DNA of 64,000 bases, from NCBI RefSeq assembly GCF_006345805.1, contig NC_043015.1, positions 50,282,001 through 50,346,000 of the forward strand, read 5' to 3'. The notes beneath the pieces were generated by a model. It worked only from the letters and a program-made list of their open reading frames with translations. It had not been told where the DNA came from and did not search any database. The stretch is from Octopus sinensis (Eukaryota). A program made the position numbers and the translations under genes. Shown here in pieces: positions 53,346-64,000 of the stretch. Within the stretch, counting starts at the first letter, position 1. Each line of letters begins with the position of its first letter.

Positions 53346-53575
53346 TATTTCTTTAGTGCCCACAAGGGGCTAAACACAGAGGGGACAAACAAGGACAGAC
53401 ACACGGATTAAGTCAATTACATCGACCCCAGTGCGTAACTGATACTTAATTTATCGACCCCGAAAGGATGAAAGGCAAAGTCGACCTCGGCGGAATTTGA
53501 ACTCAGAACGTAATGGCAGATGAAATACGGCTAAGCATTTCGCCTGACATGCTAACGTTTCTTCCAGCTCGCCGC
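53346..53575 (-). mobile_element. Full-length SINE B monomer (aagaaata tail) nested in a family C element (about 53215-53660)
   Basis: TSD ttggtgcagtcttct at 53331-53345 and 53576-53590. Confidence 0.9.
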
Positions 53576-53914
53576 TTGGTGCAGTCTTCTGGCTTGCCAG
53601 TTCCTATCAAACTGTCCAACCCATGCCAGCATCGGAAATGGATCTTAAATGATGACGATGACAATGATGAAAATGATGACGACAACGAGGACATCAACAA
53701 TGATGATGGTGTTGACAATGGTGATGACGATGGTGATGACGATGATGGTGATGATCTATTACTATTACTGACAGATGAGTGATAAATCACCTTCGGACAG
53801 GTGTTAGGGTTTGCAGTAAACTTCAAGTTAACTAGACTCTGTGTGTTCATAGACATGTGCATGTGTGTGTGTGTGTGTATATATGTATATGTATGTGCAT
53901 ATGTGTATGTGTAT

Positions 53915-54227
53915 ATATATTGTATAAAAGATCGTGGGTAAGGCCAGAACAAGGCGAAGTAAATGCAAGGCAAATCATGAGAAAACATATATATGAATTA
54001 ATGTAGACTTACCTTGCATTCAATATTTCGGGGTTATGAACCTATCATCAAGAAATTAATGAATGTTGCAGATGTTCATTAATTTCCTGAAAATGGGTTC
54101 ATAACCCCAAAATATTGAATGCAAGGTAAGTCTATATTAATTCATATATTTGTTTTCTTGCATTTACTTTGCCTTGCATTTACTTTGCTTTGTTCTGGCC
54201 TTACCCACAATCCTTTATACAATATAT
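53915..54227. mobile_element. Palindromic MITE-like fold-back element, arms about 150 bp, 9-nt loop
   Basis: 53915-54064 is the reverse complement of 54074-54227 at roughly 85-90% identity by eye. TA-rich flanks. Confidence 0.75.
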
Positions 54228-54604
54228 TCTACATAATGCTTCATAGTAACTATTCCATTATAATCTGTGCATATATATATATATGTGTATGTGTGCGTGT
54301 ACATGTGTATGATGTATATATATATGTAGGTATATGCATGTATGTAATTAACATCTGATGATTCTGTGCCAGCTTTGATGAAACAAACCAATACAGAATA
54401 TAATCTTCTTGAAAGCACAACAGCAGATTTGAATAGGAGTTGCACCTTGTTATTGGGACAACCGTATGTGTACTACAAAGACTACTCAATGGTGGCTGAC
54501 CTAGGGCTCCAAAACAACAACAACAACAATGAAGAAGGAGCCTCTTTGTTGTTGTTTGTTCTTGTAAGAAGCGGTAGCCAAATCTTCCTCAAATCATATG
54601 TCAT

Positions 54605-55018
54605 TACTCTTTTACTCTTTTACTTGTTTCAGTCATTTGACTGTGGCCATGCTGGAGCACTGCCTTTAGTCAAGCAAATCGACCCCAGGACTTATTCTTT
54701 GTAAGCCTAGTACTTATTCTATCGGTCTCTTTTGCCAAATCGTTAAGTTATGGGGACGTAAACACACCGGCATCGGTTGTCAAGCAACGTTGGGGGGTGG
54801 GGGGTGGCAAACACAGACACACAAACATACACACACACACACACACACATATATACATAATATACAATGGGCTTCTTTCAGTTTCCGTCTACCAAATCCA
54901 CTTACAAGGCTTTGGTCGGCCCAAGGCTATAGTAGAAGACACTTGCCCAAGATGCCACGCAATGGGAGTGAACCCGAAACCATGTGGTTTGTAAGCAAGC
55001 TACTTACCACACAGCCAA
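54605..55018 (-). mobile_element. Near full-length SINE family A
   Basis: Complete tail, linker and head. Confidence 0.9.
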
Positions 55019-55797
55019 AAAACCAAAAAAATTGGATATGCTAGATAACATATTCTAACAGTCACTGTAGATGAGAATAGATGAAAATAGATGAGATAGT
55101 CATGGCTGGAATGGCTTTGTTTTACTCATTTTACTGAATCAGGGCCCACCTGGGGCCTAAACAACAAGAACCATTCTCATCAGTCACCACCACAACCACC
55201 ACTGCCAACACTACCACCACCACCACCACTTCTACCACCCCACCGCCACAGTCACCGCCTCCACTATAAGATTACATCAATAATAATTTATTGAAACTGA
55301 CTGTCATTCAACAAGGACTATCAATATTATATTATGTTTTAGAATTTGAGAACGTAATTTTATACAACTGCTGCCGACGCCACAGCCGCTGCTGCCACCG
55401 TCGCCGCCGCCACAGAAGCAGCAGCTTTCGCTTCCTCCCCATCCCACCCCCACCTCGCCGTCATCGTTGTCGTCAATACCATAACCAACAAAAATTTCTG
55501 ACTCATCAACAAAATGTCTTTGTGTAATAAATTCTCTGGAGGTTCTATCTTCGCTAAATTATAAAACCCAAAAAAAAGACAAATGTTTGAATTAGAGTAA
55601 AACAATATAATCACCTTTATCATCATCATCATCATCATTACCACCACCACCACCACCACCACCACCACCATCACCATCACCATCATCATCATCACTGCCA
55701 TCTTCATCATTACCATTACCACACCGTCGTCGTCATCATCATCATCATCATCACTACCATCTTCATTACCATTACCACACCGTCATCACCATTGTCA

Positions 55798-55828
<31 letters not shown>

Positions 55829-55898
55829 GTCGTCGTCGTCGTCGTCGTCGTCATCATCATCATCATCATCATCTTCAACAACCGTAATATCGCAATCA

Positions 55899-56074
55899 CC
55901 GTTTTTAACACGTATAAGGAACCCATTTTTTGTCAAAAATTAAGTTAAAAAAAATATGGGAGTTTCTTATACATGGATAGTATTGTAATCCCTTACAAAA
56001 CCACTTTTTCCAAATGTTAAGCCCCCCACTCCACCCAAAATTAGGGGTTTCCTTATATATGTTAAAATATGGTA
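55899..56074. mobile_element. Probable pogo/Tigger-like MITE
   Basis: Imperfect TIRs ccgtttttaacacgtataaggaaccc / ggggtttccttatatatgttaaaatatgg, followed by TA. Confidence 0.45.
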
Positions 56075-56124
56075 CACCACTAGCAACATCATTATTGTTG
56101 AGCCAAGAAAGGAACTTCTACATG

Positions 56125-56320
56125 TGTGGTGAGCTGGCGCTGGACAAAATACTTAGCGGTATTTTGCTCGTCGCTATGTTCTGAGTTCAAATTCCGTCAG
56201 GGTTGACTTTGCCTTTCATCCTTTCGGGATTGATAAAATAAGTACCAGTTGAACACTGGGGTCAATGTAATCGGCTTATACACTCCCCCTTAATTGCTGC
56301 CCTTATGGCAAAATGTGAAG
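56125..56320 (+). mobile_element. SINE family B
   Basis: ggtgagctggc...gttctgagttcaaattcc...gactttgcctttcatcctttcggg. Confidence 0.75.
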
Positions 56321-56371
56321 CCACCACCACCACCACCACCACCCCACCACCACCACCACCACCACCATCAC

Positions 56372-56407
<36 letters not shown>

Positions 56408-57604
56408 TATTATTATTATTTCTTTGCGATATTCTGACACGTTCTATGGTTCTTCATCAGTAGGCAGTTGTTTCCTTTCTAAGACTTTGTTAACGGCATA
56501 TGACAGGAATTGGCCACACTCAAAAATAGTGACTCCAAGAATGCCGGGGGAGTAAAGATTCTGGCCATTCTGTTCCTTGTGGTACATGATAATCCTTAAC
56601 ACCTGATATATGTTGCATCCATTCAGGTTCCCTTTAATCTGTGGACTATATTACCTTGATTGCAGTCTAATGGGTTATAGCTCTTTGAATGGGATCCAAT
56701 CTTGCCTTACAAAAATAAGACATTCCAGCCTTATTTATAGTACATCCTACAGGGTACATAGAACACATATTACACAAATTATACATAGTACCCTTGTCAC
56801 TCATATTACACATCACATATTTAACACAGAGTCCACTTTACATTGCCTTTCGTATATATAAACACAGAGCACACACTGTCTTACTTTTTACCTGTTTAAT
56901 ACAGAGTACATCTTACATCATACATATAGGAGAGTACACCTTATACCGTGCATTATATATATAGTATAGAGTACATCTTGTATACAAAGTACACATTACA
57001 CACATGCAGAGTACATAAAGTGAAAGAATATGAATGAGAAAGAAAATAAATTCTTCATATTAAATGATTAGCCAAGAAGCCCCACAGCTGAATTGAACCC
57101 AAGACCTTATGCTCATAAAGTGAACTCTTTAACCACTTGGCTATACTTGTGTCTACACCAAAATTAAATCAACTGATTTAATTAATTGTCTCTTTTACCC
57201 ATAAATTTGTGGTTTGGCACCAATACAAGAAGACATCAGTACCATTAACACCAATATTGTATCACTTTGGGAATTTCCTTGTACCACAATTCCTCATTTT
57301 AATCTCTATTAATGCTCTCTAAACAGACCGTTATGTCTGATTATGGTCTCTAGACATTCTTTTGGCAGAAATTAAGTTCCATATGATAAAAGCAATTCTT
57401 TAACTAAATCAGCTAAACTAAGAATTAGTAATTATTTATAGATATAATATAACTGTATAGACATAATTTATAACTACACAATATACTAACAGGCCTTACA
57501 AGGACTAAACCTGAAAGAAATAGCAGCTAAATTTACCTCAAATTAGATGCTACTGCTTTAAATAAAGAAATGTCTGATACATCAGGTAATGTCATACTGG
57601 GTAT

Positions 57605-58002
57605 AAGGCAGCAAACTGACAGAAACGTTAGCATGCCAGGCAAAATGCTTAGCGGTATTTCATCTGTCTTTACGTTCTGAGTTCAAATTCCGCCAAGGTC
57701 GACTTTGCCTTTCATCCTTTTGGGGTCGATAAATTAAGTTCCAGTTATGCACTGGGGTCGATGTAATCAACTTAATCCATGTGTCTGTCCTTGTTTGTCC
57801 CCTCTGTGTTTAGCCCATTGTGGGTAGTAAAGAAATAGGTATTTCATCTGTCTTTACGTTCTGAGTTCAAATTCCGCCAAGGTCGACTTTGCCTTTCATC
57901 CTTTCAGGGTCAATAAATTAAATACCAATTACATACTGGGGTCAATCTAATTGACTGGCTCCCTCCCCCAAAATTTTGGGCCTTGTACCTAGAGTAGAAA
58001 AG
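57605..58002 (+). mobile_element. Dimeric SINE B
   Basis: TSD aatgtcat(a/t)ctgggtat at 57588-57604 and 58003-58019 (16 of 17 match). Confidence 0.9.
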
Positions 58003-58149
58003 AATGTCATTCTGGGTATGTTGGTGGGTGGATGGGTTAGTCACGGCTATAAGACCGTTAGAGGAAAAAAAATGTCTGCTCAGTGAGGGTTAACTTAGGA
58101 TATGGAACAAATTACTTCTTTAATAAACAGTCATTGGTGTACATAGGGT

Positions 58150-58380
58150 AAATGTGTTTGAAAGTTGTGTGTTTGTCCCCCCCCCCCTCATCACTTGATT
58201 ACCTATGTTGGTGTGTTCACATCCCTGAAACTTAGCAGTTCGAGAAAGGAGACGGATAAAATAAGTACTAGGCTTACAAAGAATAAGTCCTCGGGTGGGG
58301 ATCAATTTGTTCGACTGAAAGCAGTGCTCCAGCATGGCCACAGTCAAATGACTGAAACAAGTAAATGAATAAAAGAACAA
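58150..58380 (+). mobile_element. SINE A 3' half
   Basis: tgtttgtccc...gcagtgctccagcatggccacagtcaaatgactgaaacaagtaaa. Confidence 0.8.
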
Positions 58381-58885
58381 AAAAACAAAAGATTAAAAAA
58401 ATCTTTAACTCTATTTCTTTTTCTGCCTTTTTTTGCATTGTGGTGGTGGTAGCGGTAATGGTGGTGGTAGTGGTGAGAGCTGATTAAACAACATTACTTT
58501 ATTAATCAACCATAAAAAGGTAAAATGGCCAAGAGGTGTGTTCACCCCCAGGTGGAGAGCCAATTTACTGCTCCATTTAGTTTCACCTGTATGATATTCT
58601 TTGTTACTGCCATACTGGAATGGATGGTGAAACACCTAGGTTATTTCATACCAGCAGGTAGCGGTATTGTGTTTATTGTATGTATTTGTATTAAAGGCTG
58701 CCTACAAAGGAATCCTCACAGCCTTCTTTATGTGAAAGAAAGGAGGAGTGGCTGGGATGGAGAAGAGGAGGATAAGGAGAGGCGGAGAGTTAGAAAAGGG
58801 AGAGAGAGAGAGAGCAGAGAGAAAGAGGGGTGTAGTGAAAAGAGAAAGAGAAAAGTGAGTGAAAGGGAGATAAAAAACTATTATG

Positions 58886-58923
<38 letters not shown>

Positions 58924-58927
58924 GATA

Positions 58928-59128
58928 AAAGTGGTGAGCTGGCAGAATTTGTAAGCACACTGGATGATAAAGCTTAGCAACATTTCCTCTATCTTTACGT
59001 TCTGAGTTCAAATTCCGCCGAGGTCAACTTTGCCTTTAATCCTTTTGAGGTCGATAAAATAAATATCAGTTGAGTATCAGACTTATCCCTTCTCCCAAAA
59101 TTGCAGGCCTTGCGCCAAAATTTGAAAC

Positions 59129-59191
<63 letters not shown>

Positions 59192-59395
59192 CATCATTAA
59201 GGCAGCAAGCTGGCAGAATTGTTAGCATGCTGGGTAAGATGCTGAGTGTCATTTTGTCTATCTTTATGTTCTGAGTTCAAATTCCACCGAGGGCAACTTT
59301 GCCTTTAGTCCTTTTGGGGTCAATAAAATAAAAACCACTGGAGCAAATTTCCCCAAATTTCAGGCCTGTAGCTAGAGTAGAAAAGATTATGATTA
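58928..59395 (+). mobile_element. Two SINE B copies separated by (ATT)n
   Basis: Heads at about 58930 and 59200. Confidence 0.75.
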
Positions 59396-59398
59396 TTA

Positions 59399-59565
59399 TA
59401 GGTGCAGGAGTGGCTGTGTGGTAAGTAGCTTGCTTACCAACCTCATGGTTCCGAGTTCAGTCCCATTGCATGGCACCTTGGCCAAGTATCTTCTACTATA
59501 GCCTCAGGCCGACCAAAGCCTTGTGAGTGGATTTGGTGGATGGAAACTGAAAGAAGCCCATCATA

Positions 59566-59646
<81 letters not shown>

Positions 59647-59841
59647 ATGTGTGTGTACATATTTGTGTGTCTGTGTTTGTCCCCCAACATCGCTTGACAA
59701 CCGATGCTGGTGTGTTTACATCCCCGTAACTGATTGAATAAGTACTAGGCTTACAAAGAATAAGTCCTGGAGTCGATTTGCTCGACTAAAGGCGGTGCTC
59801 CAGCATGGCCACAGTCAAATGACTGAAACAAGTAAAAGAGA
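59399..59841 (+). mobile_element. Full-length SINE family A
   Basis: ggtgcaggagtggctgtgtggtaag head to gactgaaacaagtaaaagag tail. Confidence 0.9.
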
Positions 59842-60020
59842 ATTATTGTTAGTTTGGTAGAATGGCCTCTGGAAATACTCCCAGACCATGGATGATCGAT
59901 GCTGTTAATTTTAGCATCATCTTTGAACTTTTGTTTGCGTAATATTGAATAGAAGTCTCCACTCTTCAACAGTAAAATGGAAACCTCTGTATGTGTGTGT
60001 GATTGTGTATCTATGAGAGA

Positions 60021-60052
<32 letters not shown>

Positions 60053-60178
60053 ATCACTGCAGACAAGATGAGACCTCAATAGGGAGTGTAGCTTGAGATT
60101 TGGTTTCAATTCCTGGTTTGTGGATAATGCATTTCTTCCTTCGTATCGTTTCAATCTTTAAGAAAGCTATGGCTGCCT

Positions 60179-60845
60179 GTGGAGGCACATGGCCTAGCGG
60201 TTAGAGCAGTGGACTCGAAGTCGGGGGATCGCGGGTTTGAATCTCAGATCAAACAATGGGTGTGTTTATGAGTGAAACATCTAATTTCCATGAGGCTCTG
60301 GCAGAGCGTAATGCTGAACCTCTGCTGACTCTTTTGCCGCAACTTTCTCTCACTCTTTCTTCATGCATCTAGCAGTGTCCCCTCCAAGTGGGGAACCTAT
60401 ACACCAATGAAACGAGCCAGTCACGGTTCCATTGGTGCAGGCCAACCACCTGCGGTCCCATGAGCACGGAGAGGTCCTCCTTGATCGTCTTAACCCAGGT
60501 CTTCAGCTGCCCGCCCGTGCGTTTCTGCCAGTTGGGAAGCGCATGGGCGGGCAGCTGAAGACCTGGGCTACGACAATCAAGGAGGACCTCTCTGTGCTCA
60601 TGGGACCACAGGTGGTTAGCCTGCGCCGATGGAACCGCGACTGGCTCGCTATCGCCAGTGAACTGGCGCAGGACCATCGTGTGTGGGCTGCCATGGTTCG
60701 AGATACCTCGAGGCTGGTAGAAGAAGCTGACTCAACCCGCCCAGGGTGAATGTTGCCACAAGTACAAGTAAGTAAGAACACCAATGAAACCAGGAAACTG
60801 GTCCTTATGAGCCAGACAAGGCTCATGAAGGAATGAACAACATGA
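60179..60845 (+). mobile_element. SINE family D interrupted by an RTE fold-back insertion
   Basis: Collinear with 51840-52140 on both sides of the insert. Confidence 0.85.
60411..60777 (+). mobile_element. RTE LINE 3' fragment with a 115-bp inverted duplication at its 5' end
   Basis: GGQLKTWATTIKEDL...RRWNRDW...WAAMVRD...STRPG* plus (caagta/agta) tail. TSD acaccaatgaaac at 60401-60413 and 60778-60790. Confidence 0.9.
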
Positions 60846-62754
60846 ATGCCGGACCTCTCATTCTTTTCCTTCCAAGGTCTGGAAGTCTTGTACGCCAAAC
60901 AGTAGAAAGCAGGCAGGGAAGTGAATTCTAAGCAAGTTTCCAAAAGGAATGGTGGCTCATTTATAGGTCACAACATCTTAAACCAAGAGACATACCTTGT
61001 AAGGGAAATGTGTGTGTTTGTATGTATGGGAGTATGTACATATATATATACGGATTTCTGTATGGAGGCACTGATGTATGTACAGATAGATGAATTGATG
61101 TATTCCAGGATGTATAACATATGTGTTTGGAGTCATGTATGCATGTATTTATGTATGTGTGAATGGATGGGTAGGTGAATAAATTTGTTTATGTGTATGT
61201 ATATATGTATATACAAGTGTGTGTCTATATGGATGTGTGTATATATGTACACGTACACACACACACCACACACACACATACAATATATATATATGCATGC
61301 ATATGTGTGTGTGTATATGAGTGTATTCATACATGTACATTCACATGTGTTTGTATTTATGTATGTATGGGTATGTAGAAAATGCTTCACAAACACACAC
61401 ACATACAAAACCACACACAAACTGATATGCACATATGCACAACCACACAAACACACAAACTCAAACGAAACATTTCTAACTGAAAATTCTTCTTCTTCTT
61501 CTTCTTCTACTTCTCTTTCTTCTTCTTCTTCTTCTTCTTCTTCTTCTCCTCCTCCTCCTCCTCCCCTCCCCTCCTCTTCTCCTCCTCCTTCTTCGTCCTC
61601 CTCCTCCTCTTTTCCTCTTCTTCCTCCTCCTCCTCTTCCTCCTTCTTCCTCATCTTCCTCCTTCTTCCTCCTCTTCCATTTCCTCAATTTTTTCTTTCTT
61701 CCTCTTTTCCCAACTGCTTCATATTCTTTTGCTTCGAAATCAAATTATCTCTTCATAATTATAAGGCGCACACACACACACAAAGCAACAGAACCAATCA
61801 TAAACCAATTTAGGAATATTTACATGTGAAAAACAATTTCACCAGCCAAATGTAGGCATAATTAGTGGTGTGTAGTTATTGTTTGGCAAAGGATGAAATT
61901 AGAAATTACATTTAGCACTTAGGGGTGGGATGGAGCCAGTCAGTGGAAAAATGGTAGACAGGAATTTGTTGTGGAACTCAAGTGTCAGTTATATAATATG
62001 CCTTAAAACTGTTGCTAGGAACAGCGTCTGTTTCTGTATACATTCTGTGTATATAAATGTGTGTGAGTGTGTTTGTGTGTTTTAACATGCAAAGCAGGAA
62101 GGCATAGCAGTGGGGCACGGTATAATGGTAGTTGGTCTTTCACTGATGGTATTTAGCTTGAATATAAAGGAGTGCTTTATACACACACACAGATACATAT
62201 ATATACATATATATACACACACACAGGCATATAAGTATGCATACATACATACATGTCTATATATATATATGCATATACATATATGAATATATGCAAACAT
62301 ACATATACATACATGTACATATGTATAGATACTTACATATACACACACATATATACACACAGACATATAAGTATATATACATATATACCTTTATATATAT
62401 AAACACATATATACACACACACACATGAATATACATAATACATATATATACATACACATACATACATACACATATACACACACACATATATACACACATA
62501 CACACACATACACACACACACTTATATAAACACACATACATATACGTAGATATACATATATACACATATATATACATAAACATAAATATTCATACACATG
62601 AGTATATAAACATACATATACATACATACACACTTACATGCAAACATATACGCATATACACACTAGTTTATTTCTCAGGCATAGATTACAGCATTATACA
62701 TGCATGACTCATGTGGCAAACAAACCCATCAAGCAATATTAGTGTGCATATTCT

Positions 62755-63157
62755 TTTCCTTCTACTTGTTTCAGTCACTTGACTGCGGCCATGCTGGAGC
62801 ACCACCGTTAGTCGAGCAAATCGACCCTAGGACTTATTCTTTGTAAGCCTAGTACTTATTCTATTGGGTTTTTTTGTCGAACCGCTAATGTTACAGGGAC
62901 ATAAACACACCAGCATCGGTTGTCAAGCGATGTTGCAGGAGGGGGGGGGCGGCAAACACTGACATATAAACATATACACACACTTACATGTATACGACGG
63001 GCTTCTTTCAGTTTCCGTCTACCAAATCCACTCACAAGGCTTTGGTCAGCCCGAGGCTATAGTAGAAGGCACTTGCCCAAGGTGCCACGCAGTGGGACTG
63101 AACCCGGAACCATGTGGTTGGTAAGCAAGCTACTTACCGCACAGCCACTACTGCGCT
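62755..63157 (-). mobile_element. Full-length SINE family A
   Basis: Complete tail, linker and head. Confidence 0.9.
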
Positions 63158-63211
<54 letters not shown>

Positions 63212-63494
63212 TAGATAGACAGATAGATAGATAGACAGGCAGATAGATAGACAGGCAGATATATATATGAATATGTGAATTTAGAGGGATATATTATCTG
63301 GGTGGATACTGTGGTAGCTCTCAGTTATGTTCCAGGTTACGGCTAACTGCATTGATTAATATTTCACATCTATGAGTACTAGATGTTGTTACTCATGCTG
63401 TAAATTCCTCAGATGGGTAATTCCATGTTTGCTTCACATATTACCATCCAGATAACACACACATGTACGCAACACACACACATGGAAAATTATG

Positions 63495-63890
63495 ATAAAC
63501 CAGTGCCGGTGGCATATAAGAGAACCATCTGAATGTGGCCGTTGCCAGTGCCACCCCAACTGGTCTCCGTGCTGGTGACATGTAAAAAGCACCATACGAT
63601 CGTGGCCGTTGCCAGCCTAGCCTGGCCTCCGTGCCGGTGGCACGTAAAAAGCACCATCCGATCATGGCTGTTTCCTAGCCTTGTCTGGCACCTGTGCCAG
63701 TGACACGTAAAAAGCACCCACTACACTCAATGGAGTGGTTGGCGTTAGGAAGGGCATCCAGCTGTAGAAACATTGCCAGATCAGACTGGGCCTGGTGCAG
63801 CCTTCTGGCTTCCCAGACCCCAGTTGAACCATCCAACCCATGCCAGCATGGCAAGCGGATGCTAAACGATGATGATGATGATGATGATGA
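63495..63890 (+). mobile_element. Family C element with about four internal units and (GAT)n tail
   Basis: Repeats of cgtgccggtggcacgtaaaaagcacc, then ggttggcgttaggaagggcatccagctgtag...gatgatgat. Confidence 0.8.
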
Positions 63891-64000
63891 CAAGTAAATA
63901 TCATTTGTTCCCTATATACTTTTCACTGTAGTGATTGTTTGGAACCTCTGCATTGGATGTCCCAAGTGCAATGGATGCTTAACCACAACATCATCAGAGG

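Noticed and set aside
58525-58977. 150-aa ORF with a hydrophobic N-terminus
   Set aside because: It runs into GA and TAT repeats and a SINE, with no recognisable motif or splice structure.

Overview
Repeat-saturated, AT-rich animal genomic DNA. The SINE families and microsatellite load suggest an Octopus genome (inference from recall). The only host gene I can support is an LHFPL6/LHFP-like tetraspan gene on the minus strand. Two coding exons are visible: 20564-20662 (99 nt) and the terminal exon 409-527 (119 nt), separated by a 20-kb intron. Its first coding exon was not found, so it lies beyond 64000 or in the 100-N gap at 32512-32611. The rest is dozens of SINE copies (labelled A-D here), CR1, RTE and Penelope-like retroelement fragments, mariner remnants, MITE/Helentron-like elements, and micro/minisatellites. 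Most ORFs in the supplied track are microsatellite artefacts. The best leads are: (1) a Penelope-like element whose 3' region carries a tRNA-like Pol III promoter followed by a minimal hammerhead ribozyme, in two independent copies; (2) a TSD-bounded fold-back RTE insertion; (3) CR1/SINE shared 3' hairpins with compensatory changes; (4) SINE dimers and a trimer bounded by single TSDs; (5) locally templated insertions inside one SINE. Repeat boundaries are approximate unless a TSD is quoted. No database searches were run.
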